Shown: piece by piece, positions 1 through 20,533 of the stretch
Position numbering within the stretch: the stretch's first letter is position 1
How the letters are laid out: each line of letters opens with the position of its first letter
Program-made: the position numbers and the translations under genes
Assembly: GCF_009914755.1 (NCBI RefSeq)
Contig: NC_060941.1
DNA from: the human T2T-CHM13v2.0 reference genome, Homo sapiens
Length of the DNA stretch: 64,000 nt
Direction: 5' to 3' (one strand)
The notes under the pieces: model-generated
The model's input: the letters and a program-made list of their open reading frames with translations, nothing else
What the model was told of the DNA's origin: nothing
The model's database searches: none

Positions 1-261
1 TTGAGAGAACTGTAACCAAAAATAAAGTGGCACTGGCAACTCTCTGGGAACACATTTAACTCTGCTCGTAGAAGCATAGCCTGTTTTAATTGGCTAAAGC
101 CCAAGCCAGGCCCTGTTTTCATCTGAATTAGGAAAAAGCAACTGCTGAGAAAATATTTAAAAATAACTATACCAATGTAAAAAAGCAAAGAAAAAAAAAA
201 AACAAACAAAACCCCAAAACCCTAAATTAAAAGAACATGTGTTCGAATGTACTTGGTTAAA

Positions 262-1198
<937 letters not shown>

Positions 1199-1716
1199 AA
1201 TTTGTCAGCTGAGAGCATTAGGGCCAGACTCAAAACCAAGAGCTGCATCCAACTGACTCCCTCTGGAATTAAATAGCATCATCAGTGACATACCTTAGTC
1301 TGGTGTCCTCTGGCATACAGAACTCACCCTAGACTAGATTGCCCCTGTCAATGTCCCTCTTCCAACCTACATGTGATATGTCCTGACAAGTTTCTGCAAG
1401 ATTTCTTCTTTTCCCCAAACTGACCCCAGATTAAAGCTTCAGGAGCTTGCTCTCAACCAAGCTGAAAAGGGGCCATTCAATTTGTGACTCCATATGGCAA
1501 GATGTTCATCCAAGCCAGCTTCCTTCTGCCAGCCTGCATACCTTCAGACTCCTCCAAACAATCAGGGGCTGTTCACCTGGGGACAGCAAACAAAGTTGGA
1601 TGTTGTCTTTGGCAAAGTATAAAAAAGGCAGCAAATATATTTCAAAATAAATCTTACACTGCACCCCAAAGCCAATATGATTAAAAAGAAACATGTAACC
1701 ATGTTTGCCATTCTTG

Positions 1717-2224
1717 TTTTTTTTTTTTTTTTTGAGACAGGGTCTCACTCTGTCGCCCAGGGTGGAGTACAGTGGCGCAATCTCGGCTCGCTTCAACCTC
1801 TGCCTCCTAAGCTTACGGGATCCTCCCACCTCAGCCCCCAAGTAGCTGGGAGTACAGGCATGAACCACCATTTTTCTGTATTTTTTGTAGAAATGGGGTT
1901 TCACCATGTTGTCCAGGCTGGTCTCAAACTCCTGAGCTCAAGCAATCTACCAGCCTCAGCCTCCCAAAGTGCTAGGATTACAGATGTGAGCCATCGTGCT
2001 GCGCCTGGACAGCCATTCTTTTTTTTTTTTCTTGAGACAGGATCTTGCTCTGTCACTCAGGCTAGAGTGCAGTGGCGCAGTCATAGCTCATTGCAGCCTC
2101 GACCTCCTGGACTCAAGTGATCCTCCAACCTCCCAAGTAGCTGGGATCACAGGTGAACACTACCACACCCAGCCAATTTTGAAATTTTTGGTAGAGACAC
2201 GGTCTCTCTATGTTGTCCAGGCTG
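1717..2224 (-). mobile_element. Two tandem AluJ (1717-2009, 2019-2224)
   Basis: Poly-T followed by the reverse Alu consensus. Confidence 0.85.
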
Positions 2225-3744
2225 GGGCTATTCTGTTACTATAATAAACAATTAACCTTCAGTGGGTCATATAATCCCTTTACTTATGGGCATTAGGATG
2301 TTTCTGATGTTACGTCTTTTTCAAAATAGACATTTCACTTCCAGGGTACTGGGGTTGGCTGTAGTACTTGGCAATGAAATCTACACTTTCTCAGGAGAAA
2401 AAAGTCCCGCACTTCATCAATCATGGTTGTTTCTGAGATGGATTTAACGCTGTGTTCCACCAGGGTCACAGCTCGTTCTTACCTTGTGCTTTTTCTTTGA
2501 AAGCCACCTGGCTCCTGCCACAGCCCCTTGAAGGTTGCCTTTGTTAGTTGCTCACTTTCCCTTTAAGAGTTGTGAGTGTTTCGGCTGGTAAAGTTCCAAG
2601 TGCCCTCTGGACTAATTGGCACAATGTGAGGATTTTCCAATTTGGAAGAGAAAGAGCCTGTTCTCCAGGGAGGGCTCTTCAAGGTAATTGCTCTCTGAGA
2701 GGTTCTTGCCACTCCCTTTGGCAACCTTCAGAGAAAAATCCCTCTTGCTGTTAGGAGGAGGTAGAAATCCACAGATGGGAAAAGAGGAGCTCAGGGCAGA
2801 CTTGCCGAGACCTTTGAAACCAGTGACCTTTGGAAATGCAGGAAAAGAGGGAAAGGCCAGTGCAGGCAAAGGCAGTCGCGCTTCCCTTCCCAAGATAGGC
2901 ACTATAGCTCCAGCTGTAATGACCATTTTCACTGTAGTCCTTTTACTAAAGAGCTTTAGCAAAGGAGTAGTGGCCAAGGAAGCCCCTTGCAGGGAGAGAA
3001 TGGCGCTTACTCAGAAGAAATACTTTAACAAACCACCTGGGCTGGAGGGAGGCGCCCAACGGTGTGCTGGATAAGAAAAGATGGTGGTTAACAAGAGCAG
3101 GGGTCCAAGAAAAACCACAGAGAAGAGCAAGACATGGAGAATAGAGAAGTCCCCTCTGGGTCACCACCCCTACCCTGGCAGGGGATGTGTGGAGAGAAAA
3201 GCCAGGTGGTGGGGTGACAAGAAATGGGTGGTAGGCTGAAAAGAAGTATGGAAGAATAAAAATGAAATTGTTTTCAGTAGATCCCCTTCCCCAGCTCTGC
3301 CTTGAAACTTTCAGTAAATTTCACATCATTCACCATTGTTGTGAGTGTAGGTAAGCAACCTCTTTCTGGGGAAACTGAGAGGGCACTGTGGTCTGTTGAT
3401 GTTGGGCGGAAAGCAAGAGAGAACGGGGCTGGACACAGACGGGGTTGTAGCACTTTTGTTTCCCTGTGTGTTCACATCACAATCCTGGAAAATGGCAGAA
3501 AGGAGCAGGCAGCCACAGCTGGGTCTGGGTGGAGAAAAGGAGGCTGGAGGCCAAGCTGAGAAGCAGTCTTCACTGTGAGTTGCCAGGCTCAGTGTGAATT
3601 TAGCGCTGCCTGGTTCCAAAGCTCATGGAAGAATTACCTGGTCCTGAAGTTTCCTCCTCCTGCCCTTGAACAGGACTTTAGAACTGTTGGGGTTAGGGTT
3701 AGTGCTGAGAGCTGTTGGTTCCTGTTTCCGGTAGGAGAACAGCA

Positions 3745-3970
3745 TGCGGCATGAATGCATGGGTTTTGGAGACTCCCTGGGCTTGAGTCCTAGCTCTGCC
3801 ATTTACTAGGTGTGTGACCTTGGACACATTATTCAGAGTCTCCATACCTTAATCTTATCTGCAAAAGCAAGGGAATAATAGTACCTTCTCTATAGGGTTA
3901 CTAGGGGAAGCAAATGAAATTATATACATAAGAGTCTTAGCACAGGGCAATAAATATTAATTGTTTTTAT
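3745..3970 (+). mobile_element. MIR
   Basis: GAGTCCTAGCTCTGCCATTTACTAGGTGTGTGACCTTGG core. Confidence 0.75.
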
Positions 3971-4031
3971 TTGCTAACAACAACACAGAACAGTGCCATG
4001 AACAGCCCCAAAGCTCAGCACTGCTATCCAT

Positions 4032-4340
4032 CTTTTTAATTTTTCTTTCAAGATAGGGTTTTGCTCTGTTGCCCAGGCTGGAGTGTAGAGTTGCAAACAC
4101 AGCTCACTGCAGTCTCAACTTCCTGGGCTCAAGTGATTCTCCCCTCTCAACTTCCCAAGTAGCTGAGAACACAGGCACGTGCTACCACACCTGGCTAATT
4201 TTTTATTTATTTTGTTTATTTTTTTTGAGATGGAGTCTCACCATGTTGCCCAGGCTGGTCTCAAACTCCTGGGCTCAAGCAATTTTCCCACCTCTGCCTC
4301 CCAGTGTTGGGATTACAGGTGTGAGCCACTGCACCTGGCC
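4032..4340 (-). mobile_element. AluJ
   Basis: Reverse Alu consensus. Confidence 0.85.
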
Positions 4341-5514
4341 TATCTGTCTTTTTGATCCACAGAAAGAGTTTAGGTCCTGGAGTCAAACAGACCCAGCTCC
4401 AGTCCCAGCTCTACCCCTTCCTGGCTGGATCACTGCAGGAAAATTATTTAACTTTTCTGTTAAAGAGGTGAATAACACTTTGCTAGTGGGATTGTTGAGG
4501 GGGTGAACTAATACGAAAAGCACCTGGCAAAGTCCTGTCCATCTGATTTGATCACAAGACGATCTGGGACTCCCCTGCCCTAGTCTGCTTTACTATACAC
4601 ATATTCTCAACAGCTCTCAGACCTCCTAGGAAATAAATTTTTTTCCTACATTCAGTTAAGTTTGGCCAGAATTAAACAAACTCTGGGATTTGTTCCTTCT
4701 GTGTTATCTGGGAAGCCAGTTGGCCTCACCTTAGCATCTTGCTACGCAGGTTGGCTGAACCCTGACTGCAGCTACAGTGTCAGGTCAGCGAAAGGAGTTG
4801 CTTTGAGAACTTCCGGGAAACTTTTATTGGCCAACATGGACTAAACGAAGTCAAGCTCATTTACTATGAACCAAATGTTTCCCCCTTTCCTCCAGCTTTG
4901 AACAGGTCTTCATTTTAGCAACTCCTCCCTCCTTCCAAGACCTTCATAAAGGCGTCTGCCATTGAATGCCTCCATTTGTAATGTTGACTCCTCCCAGGAT
5001 GCCAAGCCCCATCATGGACGACCCTCCAGAAAACGCTGGTCACCATCACACTCCTTTCTCATCCATATGGCAGATATGAGCAACAGTGGCCAGGAGGAGA
5101 TGCAATGAAAGATAGTGCAGATGAGGATTCCTGCAAATTCCACTACCACAGAAAGGTCTAAGCAGTGGGGAAGACAATAGGCATGCTGCTGCGGTAGGAA
5201 TAGTAACAGCTGTGCTTATTGAGTGCTTGCTAAATGCCAGGCACTTGCTCTAAGTGTTTTATAGCTGTTTGTTCACTTAATCATATACCTCTGAGCTGGG
5301 ACTGTTATTCTACCCATTTTACAGATGGAGAACATGAAGCAAAGAAGGTTTAAATAACTTTCCCAATATGACACAGTTACAAGGTGGCACTCATGAGATT
5401 TGAACCATGTAGTCTGTGGCTAGAGCCCATGCTCTCTCTCTTTCTCTTCCTTCCTTCCTTCTTTCTTTTTTTCTTTTCTTCTTCTGCTTTTTCTCCTTCC
5501 TTCCTTTCCCTTTC

Positions 5515-5786
5515 TTTTTTTGATAGGGTCTCACTCTGTCACTTAGGGTGGAGTGTGCAATGGCACAATCATGCTCACTGCAGCCTCAACCTCCTGGGCT
5601 CAAGGGATCCTCCCATCTTAACCTCCTGAGTAGATGGGACTATAAGTGCATGCCACCCGGCTACTTTTTTTTTTTGTAGAGATAAAGCCTATGTTGCCTA
5701 GGCTTGTCTCAAACTCTAGGTTCAAGCCATCTGCCCACCCTGTCTTCCCAAAGTGCTGGGATTACAGGTGTGAGCCATGCCTGGCC
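5515..5786 (-). mobile_element. AluJ with CT-rich tail, inserted in a MIR
   Basis: Reverse Alu with CTAGAG..CATGC flanking repeats. Confidence 0.85.
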
Positions 5787-5939
5787 TAGAGTTCATGCCC
5801 TTAACCATGATAGTATAAGCACAAAATGAAAACACATGTGACATTACCTTAAGGACTTTAAAGTGCCTTGAAAATATAGAGTATATGTTCTATTGACAGT
5901 GGATAGTGGCATGATACTTTTTAAATCACTGCAATTTTT

Positions 5940-6490
5940 TTTAGAACCATTTGACCCATTGCCTCTGAAAAACCTCTCCTTATGGATATTTCAAAGGCAT
6001 CACAAACTCAATACTGCTAAAAAATAAAAGCTTAACTATTTTTTCCTACCATGCGCTCCAATCTGTTCCTTTTCTTTTCATCTGCAGTGTAACAAATGAC
6101 TCTATTCAGGCGCCTAAGTCACACACCTGGGAATCTCCTTGGATGCCCCCTCTCCTCACCCCTGCATTAGACCAATGGCCAAGTCCTGCTGATTTTACCC
6201 CGTTAGTCTCTAAGTTTGTCTGTCCCCTTCCCTGGGCTCCTTCCTTGATTGAAGTGTGCCCTCAGATCTCCCCTGGATCCCTCTGACACACTCAGAGCTC
6301 ATGACTCCACCTCCAGCCTCCCCTCCCAGCCATGCTCTACACTGAAGCTACAGGAGCTTTCTGAAATGAACCCGTTCACATTGCCCTCCTTAAAACCCAT
6401 ATGTAGCTCCTAGAACTTTTAGGATCACTTCTAAACCCTTTCCTTGGCTGACAAAGGTCTTTCTCACCTGCACCTGCCACCTCCAGGCTC
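5940..6490 (+). mobile_element. L2 fragment
   Basis: CACCTGGGAATCTCCTTGGATGCCCCCTCTCCTCACCC..CCAAGTCCTGCTGATTTTAC. Confidence 0.55.
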
Positions 6491-6841
6491 CATTTCTGCT
6501 GACTTCTGAAGGCACAGCACTTGGGGACCACAATATTTTTAGGGATCCACGAACATGTTTTAATTTCTTTAAAATCAGAAAGAAAAACAATGGACTTTTA
6601 AATCACAAAAGGTGTTTTAATATATAATAGTAATTTATATGTTTATACCAACACAGCCATAAAATATGTATTTTAATATATTTGTTTAACAGAGGGAGGG
6701 GCCCATGAAAGTAAAATGCCTAGGGCCATCAAAAGCTATAAGGTAGCCCCATTGTTTACATTTCCAAAGTCCCCCCTCTCCTGGCTAACTCTTCCTCATC
6801 AGTCCAGCTCTTAGTTCATAAATCTTGCCCTGCAGGAAGTC

Positions 6842-7132
6842 TTTTTTCTTTTTTTGAGATAGGGTCTCTGTCGCCCAGGCTAGAGTGCAGTGACTCAGTC
6901 ATGGCTCATTGCAGCCTTGACCTCCGAGGCTCAAGCAATCCTCTCACCTCAGCCTCCCAAGCAGCTGGGACCACAGGCATGCACCACCATACTTGGCTAA
7001 TTTTTAAATTTTATAGAGACAGGATCTCACTGTATTGCCCAGGCTAGTCTTGAACTTCTGGACACAAGCAGTCCTCCCGCTTTGGCCTTCCAGAATGCTG
7101 AAATTACAGGCATGAGCCACTGCACTTGGGCC
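6842..7132 (-). mobile_element. AluJ
   Basis: Reverse Alu consensus. Confidence 0.85.
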
Positions 7133-7669
7133 CTAAAACTTTTTTCTAGGTCTTTTCTAACCCTAAAACTAAACTAAGTATGGTTCTGACTGCTCCAGGG
7201 CACCCTGCTGTTGTCTATACCACAGCACAGCCAGCCAAGTATGGTGTTTGTCCTGTTTTCTAGAAACTCCTTGATAGCAGGCTTAAGTCTGGTTCATCGA
7301 TGTGGCCCTGGCATCTGGCACGTAGTAAGCACTCAACAAATAACTATTGAATGAATACTGTTCTGTCTACACAGAAGTTTAAAATAGAAAACAACCTTCA
7401 GGAGGGCACCTGTTTTGAAACCCTTGAAATGCATGCATTCTTTTCAATTTCCCTCCTAAGGAGAGGCCACATAGCAAACAGAGAGGCAGACAGCCTAGGT
7501 TGGAACCTCATCTTTGCCAATTACACCTGCATGACCTTGAGCAAATTATTCAATGTCCTCATGCCTCAATTTCCTCATCTGTAATGTGGGGATAATAAAA
7601 GTTCCTAAGCTCATAGGATACTAGGAAATTTAAGTTAATAGTTGGAAAGCACTTGTAACAATCAATGCC

Positions 7670-8027
7670 TGTATTAGTCTGTTTTCACGCTGCTGACAAA
7701 GACATACTCGAGACGGGGGATTTTACAAAGAAAAAGAGGCTCAATGAACTCACAGCGCCACGTGGTTGGGGAGGCCCCACAATCATGGTGGACGAGAAAG
7801 GCACGTCCCACATGGCCGCAGGCAAGAGATAATTGAGACCCAAGCGAAAGTGGAAACCCCTTATAAAAACATCAGATGTTGTGAGACTTACTACCGCGAG
7901 AACAGTATGGGGGGAACCGCCCCCATGATTCAATTATCTCCCACCAGCTTTCTCCCACAACCCTTAGGAATTATGGGAGCTACAATTCAAGATGAGATTT
8001 GGGTGGGTACAGAGACAAACCATATCA
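7670..8027 (-). mobile_element. THE1B-like solo LTR (ERVL-MaLR)
   Basis: TGTATTAGTC...AAACCATATCA ends, 358 bp, 5-bp TSD ATGCC (7665-7669, 8028-8032). Inserted in a MIR. Confidence 0.9.
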
Positions 8028-8131
8028 ATGCCTAATATGTAGTAAACTATCTTAAGGAAATATTGAATGAAGGATGCAGATGCTGCTTTTGTTTTATGGC
8101 AGAGTTGTAGCTCCAAATGTCACAATGCATA

Positions 8132-8371
8132 TTTTTTCTGTCACCGAGGCTGGAGTGTGGTAGCTAGATCATGGCTTAGTGCAGCATCAACCTCCTGGGC
8201 TCAGGTGATTCTCCCACCTCAGCCTCCCAAGTAGCTGGGACTACAGGTGCACACCACCATGCCTGGCTAATTTTTGTTGCCTAGGCTGGTCTCCACCTCC
8301 TGGGCTCAAGCGATCCATCTGCTTTGGCCTCCCAAAATGTTGGGATTACAGACATGAGCCACCGTGACCAA
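8132..8371 (-). mobile_element. AluJ, internally deleted
   Basis: Reverse Alu with TCACAATG flanking repeats. Confidence 0.8.
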
Positions 8372-8960
8372 CTCACAATGAGTATTTTTGATGTATTCCT
8401 CTCCTTCTCTTGTTAATTCACTGTACCCTAAGGTTTGGTTTGCCTTCCTCCCTGCTTACAGCTCTGTAAAAGCAGTTGCTGGACTGAGACACAGGAAGGG
8501 TCTGGAGCCTTCTCCCTCACAACTCCAAGATGAGATGCACCGGGGCTTGGGGTCAGGTGGGGGAGGGGAGGGACAACAGCAGAAGAGGAAAATGAGGAGG
8601 AGGAATCCGGAGCCCTCAAGGTGGATTCTAGAGAGCGGCACCTTCCATTTGGAGGATGGGGCAGGGAGTCAAGGCAGCCAGCTTCTCATTGTCCCATTGT
8701 CTGTAAACAGCCCCCCGTAACTATCCTGGGGCCACAACACTTGTAAAGCCCCCTAGACTGGATGTGTTAGGACTTAGCCTGAGGGGAGCTCTCCCTCCTC
8801 ATAAGGTGAACCAGTACGTAATCATGTGGGAATTTCTCTTGGAGTCATAACAGCACTGGACATAGCACCACCATCATAATTACAGGGATGTTGTTAAAGT
8901 GTTATCTATTACAATAAAAAATGAAAACAAGTAAATGTCTAATAATATGGGATCAGTTAA

Positions 8961-9502
<542 letters not shown>

Positions 9503-10508
9503 ATTCAAACTAGATCAGAATGTAAATCTGTGTTCTTTCAATGCAATGAACTAAACTATGAGTCTAGCCATTTTTTTGAGTTCTCTGAGCACTTCAAATG
9601 AGTCATTGAGCCAGAGGGTGGTCTTAGGGCCCTGTGACACCTTGTTTCTTAGTTTTGGAAACTCTCTTGATATCTCTGCCTTTTTTTGTCTCCATCCCCA
9701 CCCCACTGTCACCCCTCCCTCTTCTATGAAAGAGCAGGTACCTGGACAAGCTCTATCAGGAGAGAAAAGTTTAGATGTATAGATGAGCTAAGCTGTTCTG
9801 CACAACAGAAGTGCCAGGAATCTGATCTTTCTTTCTGATAGGTCAGAAAGACTCTATTTTCAAGGTCCTGACACGTGTAGCAAAGCAGAGAAGGACCTGG
9901 TTAGAGGTGAAAGGGAGAAGACCAAGATGGCAGCAGGCCAAGACCTTGGACGCAGAAGTACACAAGAAATCTCCATTGCTGGCAGCAATGGCCAGCGCTG
10001 AGCCTTATGTCATCTCCCACATTGTGCTTGGTTGGGGGTCACCTTCTTGATCCCGAACTCCAGTAAAGAAGAATCTGTTATCCACTTAGTACTTGGTGAC
10101 CTTTGGGGACAAAGGAGGAGATAGATGGAGACAAAGTAGAGGGTGCAGGGACAAAGCAGAGAAGAGAGCAGACAGCAACTTTAGGAAATGGATGTGGGCA
10201 TTCAGCTGAACCAGGGATTGGAAAATTACCAGAAGAAGGCTTGATGTCCCTCAGCACGTGGCATGGGACCAAGACATTTTGTTTGGCTGTCAAAGAACAG
10301 GCGACCACAGAAAGTTGAAGGACTTGGGAGCATATATATCCCTGCATCGAGATTCATTAAAAAGGCCCTGGAGGAATATATCTGAAGGCTATTAGTGGCT
10401 ATCTCTAAATGTGGGGTAACATGATTTTATGTTTTTATTTAATCTATGGAGTCTAATCTTTTCTACTATGACAATGTAAGGTTCTTGCAGTAAAGAAAAA
10501 TAACTGTT

Positions 10509-11484
<976 letters not shown>

Positions 11485-11915
11485 CTAGAAATTTCAAAAT
11501 ACACATTCAGTAGTACCCCCTTATCCACGGTTTCAGTTACCTGCGGTCAACTGTAGTCCAAAAATATTAAACTGAAAATTCCAGAAATAATTCATGTTTT
11601 CAGTTGCTTGCCATTCTGAGTGGCGTGATGAAATCTCACACCGTCTTGCTTCACCCCTCCCGGCCTGTGAATCCTCCGGCTGTTCAGTGTATCTGAACTG
11701 TAGATGCTACTTGCCCATTAGTCTCTTAGTAGCTGTTAGTTATCAGACCAATCCATGGTATTGCAGTGCTTGTGTTCAAGTAACCCTTATTTGACTCAAT
11801 TGTTGTGTTTATTATTCGTTATTGTTGTTAATCGCTTCCTTAGTAAGCGCCTATTTTGTAAATTAAACTCGATCATAGATATGTAGGTAGGAAAAACATA
11901 GTATATAAAAGGTTT

Positions 11916-13852
<1,937 letters not shown>

Positions 13853-14923
13853 GGTTTTGTACTATCTGTGATTTTAGGCATCCACTGGGGGTTTAGGAAC
13901 ATGTCCCCCATGGGTAAGGGGGAACTACTGGATTTACTGTATTTATGAAATCTGTATTGTGGTCAGCACTGGGATTGGCTCTGGATGAACACAAGGAATA
14001 AGCCCTCTGCACTCAAAGAAACTGCAACAAATGGAGGGAAACCTCCAAATATACCAATAAGTGTGTCCTGACCAACAGGGGTGCATGCAAAGAAGGAAAT
14101 GACGTGGGTACTGTGGTTGCGAATAATAGAAGGAAGCTTTATGTGGTGGAACCTATTTCAGAGGATGCTTAATAAAGGCTTCCATGTGGAGGTGATGTTT
14201 AGGTTCAGATCTGAAGGAGAAAAAGGAGCCTGCAGCCACAGCTTGTAGAAGAGAGTTCCAGACACAGGGAATGCCTATGGCCAGCGCTGAATAAGACAAG
14301 ACAAGACAGAAATTGACTCCTGGAAGGGGATGTTTGGGGAGTGCAGGTCAGATTGTGGAGAGGGGCTGGGGGTAGCTTGCGCAGATAGAGTATAGCCGTT
14401 ATTCCAAATGCATGGGGAATTATGGAAATTCATCATTGTTTGCATTTTAAAAAGAGCTATCTGGCTGTATCATGGAGAATAAACTAGAGGAGAGCAAGTG
14501 AACAGGCTCTTGAAAGAGAAGAAGCTGGGGTGGTACCAGCGAGGATGGAAAGGGGTGAGGGGATTTAGGCCATTTTGAAGGAAAACAAATAGATAAATAA
14601 GACATGATGTTGGATTGGAGGTAAGGGATAAGAGGGAGCTATCACTGATGGCTTCCTGTTTTCTGGCTTGGAATTATCTACCAAGGTGACACACACTGTA
14701 GGAGAAACAGGTTTTGACCTGTTAAATTTCAGATGTCTGGGTTTATTAAAAGGGTGGCTTTCAGCAGTGGCTCAGCCCTCTGATGTGGTAAGGTTCAGTG
14801 CCAACAAGAGAAACAATCCTCCAAATTGCTTTGGCATTACTGAAGCCACACTTATTTTTAATAGCTTTATACAGCTTTAGTTCCTTACTTATAGAACTGT
14901 TAAGGACTTAAAAGAGTAGTGAA

Positions 14924-15266
<343 letters not shown>

Positions 15267-15447
15267 TCAGTTGTACTTTATTTTGTTTTATATGTGACAA
15301 TATGTGCTACAGTGGTCTTTGGTAGCTTGAGTTTTCATAAAGGTAAAGGATATAATCCTCACAAATGTCAAAGATCTACTATAGATATAATAGGCAATGT
15401 ATTTAATCAATTGCCAGTAACATTTTATGGAAAATGTAAAGATATTA

Positions 15448-15781
<334 letters not shown>

Positions 15782-15989
15782 TTATCCTTTAACTATTACT
15801 AGAAGCTGGGAACTCTGTTTTACACTATAAGTATCCCATTTCAGCTCCTACATTATTTGTCATCTATTTTACATGTAGGAAAATCAAGGCTCAGAAAAGT
15901 TAAGTAATTTGCCCAGGGTCACAGAGCTAGCAAGGGGCAGAGTCTGTATTTGGACTCAGGTCTGGGTTGGCTACAAAGTTTGAGCCTTT

Positions 15990-16304
15990 ATTTGATTGTT
16001 TGTTTGTTAGAGACAGGCTCTCACTCTGTTGCCCAGGTTGGAGTAGAGGTACGATAATGGCTCACTGCAGCCTAGAGCTCACAGGCTCAGGTGACTCTCC
16101 TGCCTCAGTCTCCCAATAGTTAGGACTATAGACATGCACCACCATGCCCGGCTAATTTGTGTGCGTGTGTGTGTGTGTGTGTGTCACAGAGTCAGGGTCT
16201 CGCTATGTTGCCCAGGCCGGTCTTGAACTCCTGAGCTCAAGCGATCCTCCTGCCTTGGCCTCCCAAAGTGCTGGGATTACAGGTGAGCACCTCTGCACCT
16301 GGCT
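15990..16304 (-). mobile_element. AluJ with internal (TG)n
   Basis: Reverse Alu; the TG repeat replaces the linker at ~16158-16184. Confidence 0.85.
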
Positions 16305-16321
16305 GAAAGCTTGAGTTTCTG

Positions 16322-16690
16322 TGTAGTAGATATTTCATTACAGAATGGATTCTCTGGAAGCAGAAGCTATGATGGGGATGGAAAATAGAAAGGTTTATTG
16401 GGGAGCAACACCCATGGAAGGAGACCTATCAAAGTCTCTACCAGCCAAACAGGAAGCTCTGAAGCAAAAACTACCCACTGGAGGGGTCCAGCATTGAGCA
16501 GAGATGGCTAGGCCGTTCTTCCACCCCCTTGCCCAGTCATTGACTAGGGAGAATGTCCCAAGAAGAGCATGATCTCAGCTGGAAAGCTGAGCTGGACTTG
16601 AAGGCTGTCAGTGAACTGAAATCTTTGCAGCTGGGCAGTGAGCCCACCCTTAAATGGGGATCTGAACAGTGCATCTCCTTGTCTGCCACA
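16322..16690 (-). mobile_element. Old MaLR/ERVL LTR fragment
   Basis: GGATTCTCTGGAAGCAGA, AGGTTTATTGGGGAG and CAGTCATTG motifs. Confidence 0.45.
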
Positions 16691-16734
16691 GGCTCTAAAA
16701 ATTGTCAGCACTCTTTCACCCAAGAAAAGGCACT

Positions 16735-17254
16735 GCATTAGTTATCTATCGCTGTGTAACTAATTGCCACAAAATGTAGTCGTGGAAAACAACAAACATT
16801 TGTTATCTCACAGTTTCTGTGGGTCAGGAATCCAGGCATGGCTTAGCTGGGTGCCTCTGGCTGACGGTCTTTCATAACGTGGCAGTCAAGCTGTCAGCCT
16901 GGACCGCAGCCCCCTCCAAAGACTCAACTGGATGGAGAATCCACTCCCAAGCTCACATTTGTTGTTGTCTACAGGACTCAGTCGCCTCATCACATGAGCC
17001 TCCCCACAGGGCTGCCTCATGACATGGCAGCTGGCTTCCTCTAGGGTGAGCAATCCAAGAGACCTCAGTGAGAAAGAGGACCCAAAATAAAAGCCATGGT
17101 CTTTTATAATTTTGGAAGTGACATTCCATCCCTTCTGCTGCATTCTATTTCTTAGGAGTGAGTGAATATATCCAGTGTACAGTCGAGGAATGTACAAATA
17201 CAAGAATACCAGGAGGTGGGACTCCCTGGCGGCCATCTGAGAGGCTGCCTCCCA
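16735..17254 (-). mobile_element. MLT1F/G-like LTR
   Basis: TGCATTAGTTATCTATCGCTGTGTAAC start, CACAGTTTCTGTGGGTCAGGAATCC and GGCCATCT..GGCTGCCT end motifs. Confidence 0.75.
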
Positions 17255-17707
17255 TATTCAAATAAATAACACTGTGGCAATAATAAGATTGGCTCCCATG
17301 TATTGAGCAGTTGCTATAAATCAGGGGTGGTATTAGGCCCTTACATACATGATCTCACCATGTCTCCTGTGTTCACTCAGGATTCATTAGGCACCAGGCA
17401 CTGCAAGTTCTAGAGAACAGAATGGCAAATGAGGAACACTCCTGCTCTTGAGGTGCTCATGTCTACAGGAATAATTTGTTCTGATTTTACAAAGGAGGAC
17501 AAGAAAGGTCACACACTAAGTGGCTGAGCTAGGAGGCCCAAGCTGCTCAATGTGACTTTGAGGCCAGAAATGTTTGTGAAGACAGCATACTCCTGAATCC
17601 ACCATCCCGGAAAACATCAGCAGGCACCAAAAAGGCCTCTTCACACCTTGTCTAAGAACAATTGTGAGGAAGAAACAAGTCACAAAGAATATATACAATA
17701 TCATTCC

Positions 17708-18018
17708 TTTTTCTTTTTCTTTTCTTTTTTTTTTTTTTGTGAGACAGGGTCTTCCTCTGTTGCCCAGGCTGGCATGCAGTGGCGTGATTTCGGCTCACTG
17801 CAACCTCCACAGTGTTCAAGCAATTCTCCTGCCTCAACCTCCCGAGTGGCTGAGATTACAGGTGCCTGCCACCATGCCCAGCTAATTTTTTTGTATTTTC
17901 AGTAGCGGCAGGGTTTTACCACATTGGCCAGGCTGGTCTCGAACTCCTGACCTCAGGTGATCCACCTGCCTTGGCCTCCCAAAGTGCTATTACAGACATG
18001 AACCTCCACACCCGGTCT
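17708..18018 (-). mobile_element. AluS within an L1M 3' fragment
   Basis: Reverse Alu consensus. Confidence 0.85.
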
Positions 18019-18914
18019 AATTCCATTTATACGATATTCACAAACTGATGCTTGTTTATGGGGCACATTTAGTTGTAACACTAAAGAGGAAAGAAAGAAA
18101 ACGGTTTCCACAAGTTAGGATAGTGGCTACTTCTGGGGGAGGGAAGGAGATGGAATAGGGGGACACACAGGGGCTGCTGGGAGGGGGCTGAATACTATTC
18201 TAGACCTGGCGGTGGTTATATGGGTGTTCAATTTATAATGACAATTGAATGACACATATATGTTTTCTTTACTCCTCTGCATGTATGACGTAGCTCACAA
18301 ATAAAATAGCAACAAGAACTATTGTGTTGAGTGGGAAGTGATTTGCAGGGTACTTGCCTATGCCTGTGATGGAAGGCAAAGAGCTCTCCTTTTCAGAGAC
18401 ACCGGGGATACGATGTCTTCGTGCCTCTGGCAAATCTCTCACACAGATGGCTCGAAGCCTGGTTTACCACTATGTCCTTAATGTGTGTTGCACCCAAAAT
18501 AAATTCTGAGGAGGACAGTGCTTGGTGAGATCATCTTGCCATTTGATACACGTGTCTGAGCAAGTTGGTGTTTTTTCTATTCCTGAGCCCACTGCCTAAG
18601 AGTGAAACCTGATTCACATTGTAACAATAGCCACTCAGATCTTCACAAAGCAAAGAGAAGCTTTATACAAAAGGGTGAAGGAAAGCTCACTCCTAGGATA
18701 CCTCTGATTAATTAGGCTTTAATGGATTCCATTCAAGAACCTGTCAGAAAAGCCAGGTGCAGTGGCTCACACCTGTAATCCCAGCTGCTTTGAAGGTTAA
18801 GGCAGAAGGATCCCTTGAGCCCGGGAGTTCGAGGCTGCAGTGAGCTATGATTGTGCCACTGTGCTCTAGCCTGGGGGACAAAATGAGACCACATCTCTAA
18901 AAAACAAGGAGGAA

Positions 18915-19400
<486 letters not shown>

Positions 19401-19510
19401 GGAGGGGGGGATATGTGGCATCAAGCCAGGAAAAAACATGGAGGTTTGTAACCAGCCTGGGAAAAACAGTGAGACCCCCATCTCAAAAATCGAAAAACAA
19501 GACAAAACAA

Positions 19511-20533
<1,023 letters not shown>

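Noticed and set aside
14750-14830. Faint resemblance to a conserved SSU rRNA segment (GGTTAAGTCCCGCAACGAGCGCAACCCT)
   Set aside because: Too many mismatches and no flanking rRNA similarity; most likely chance.
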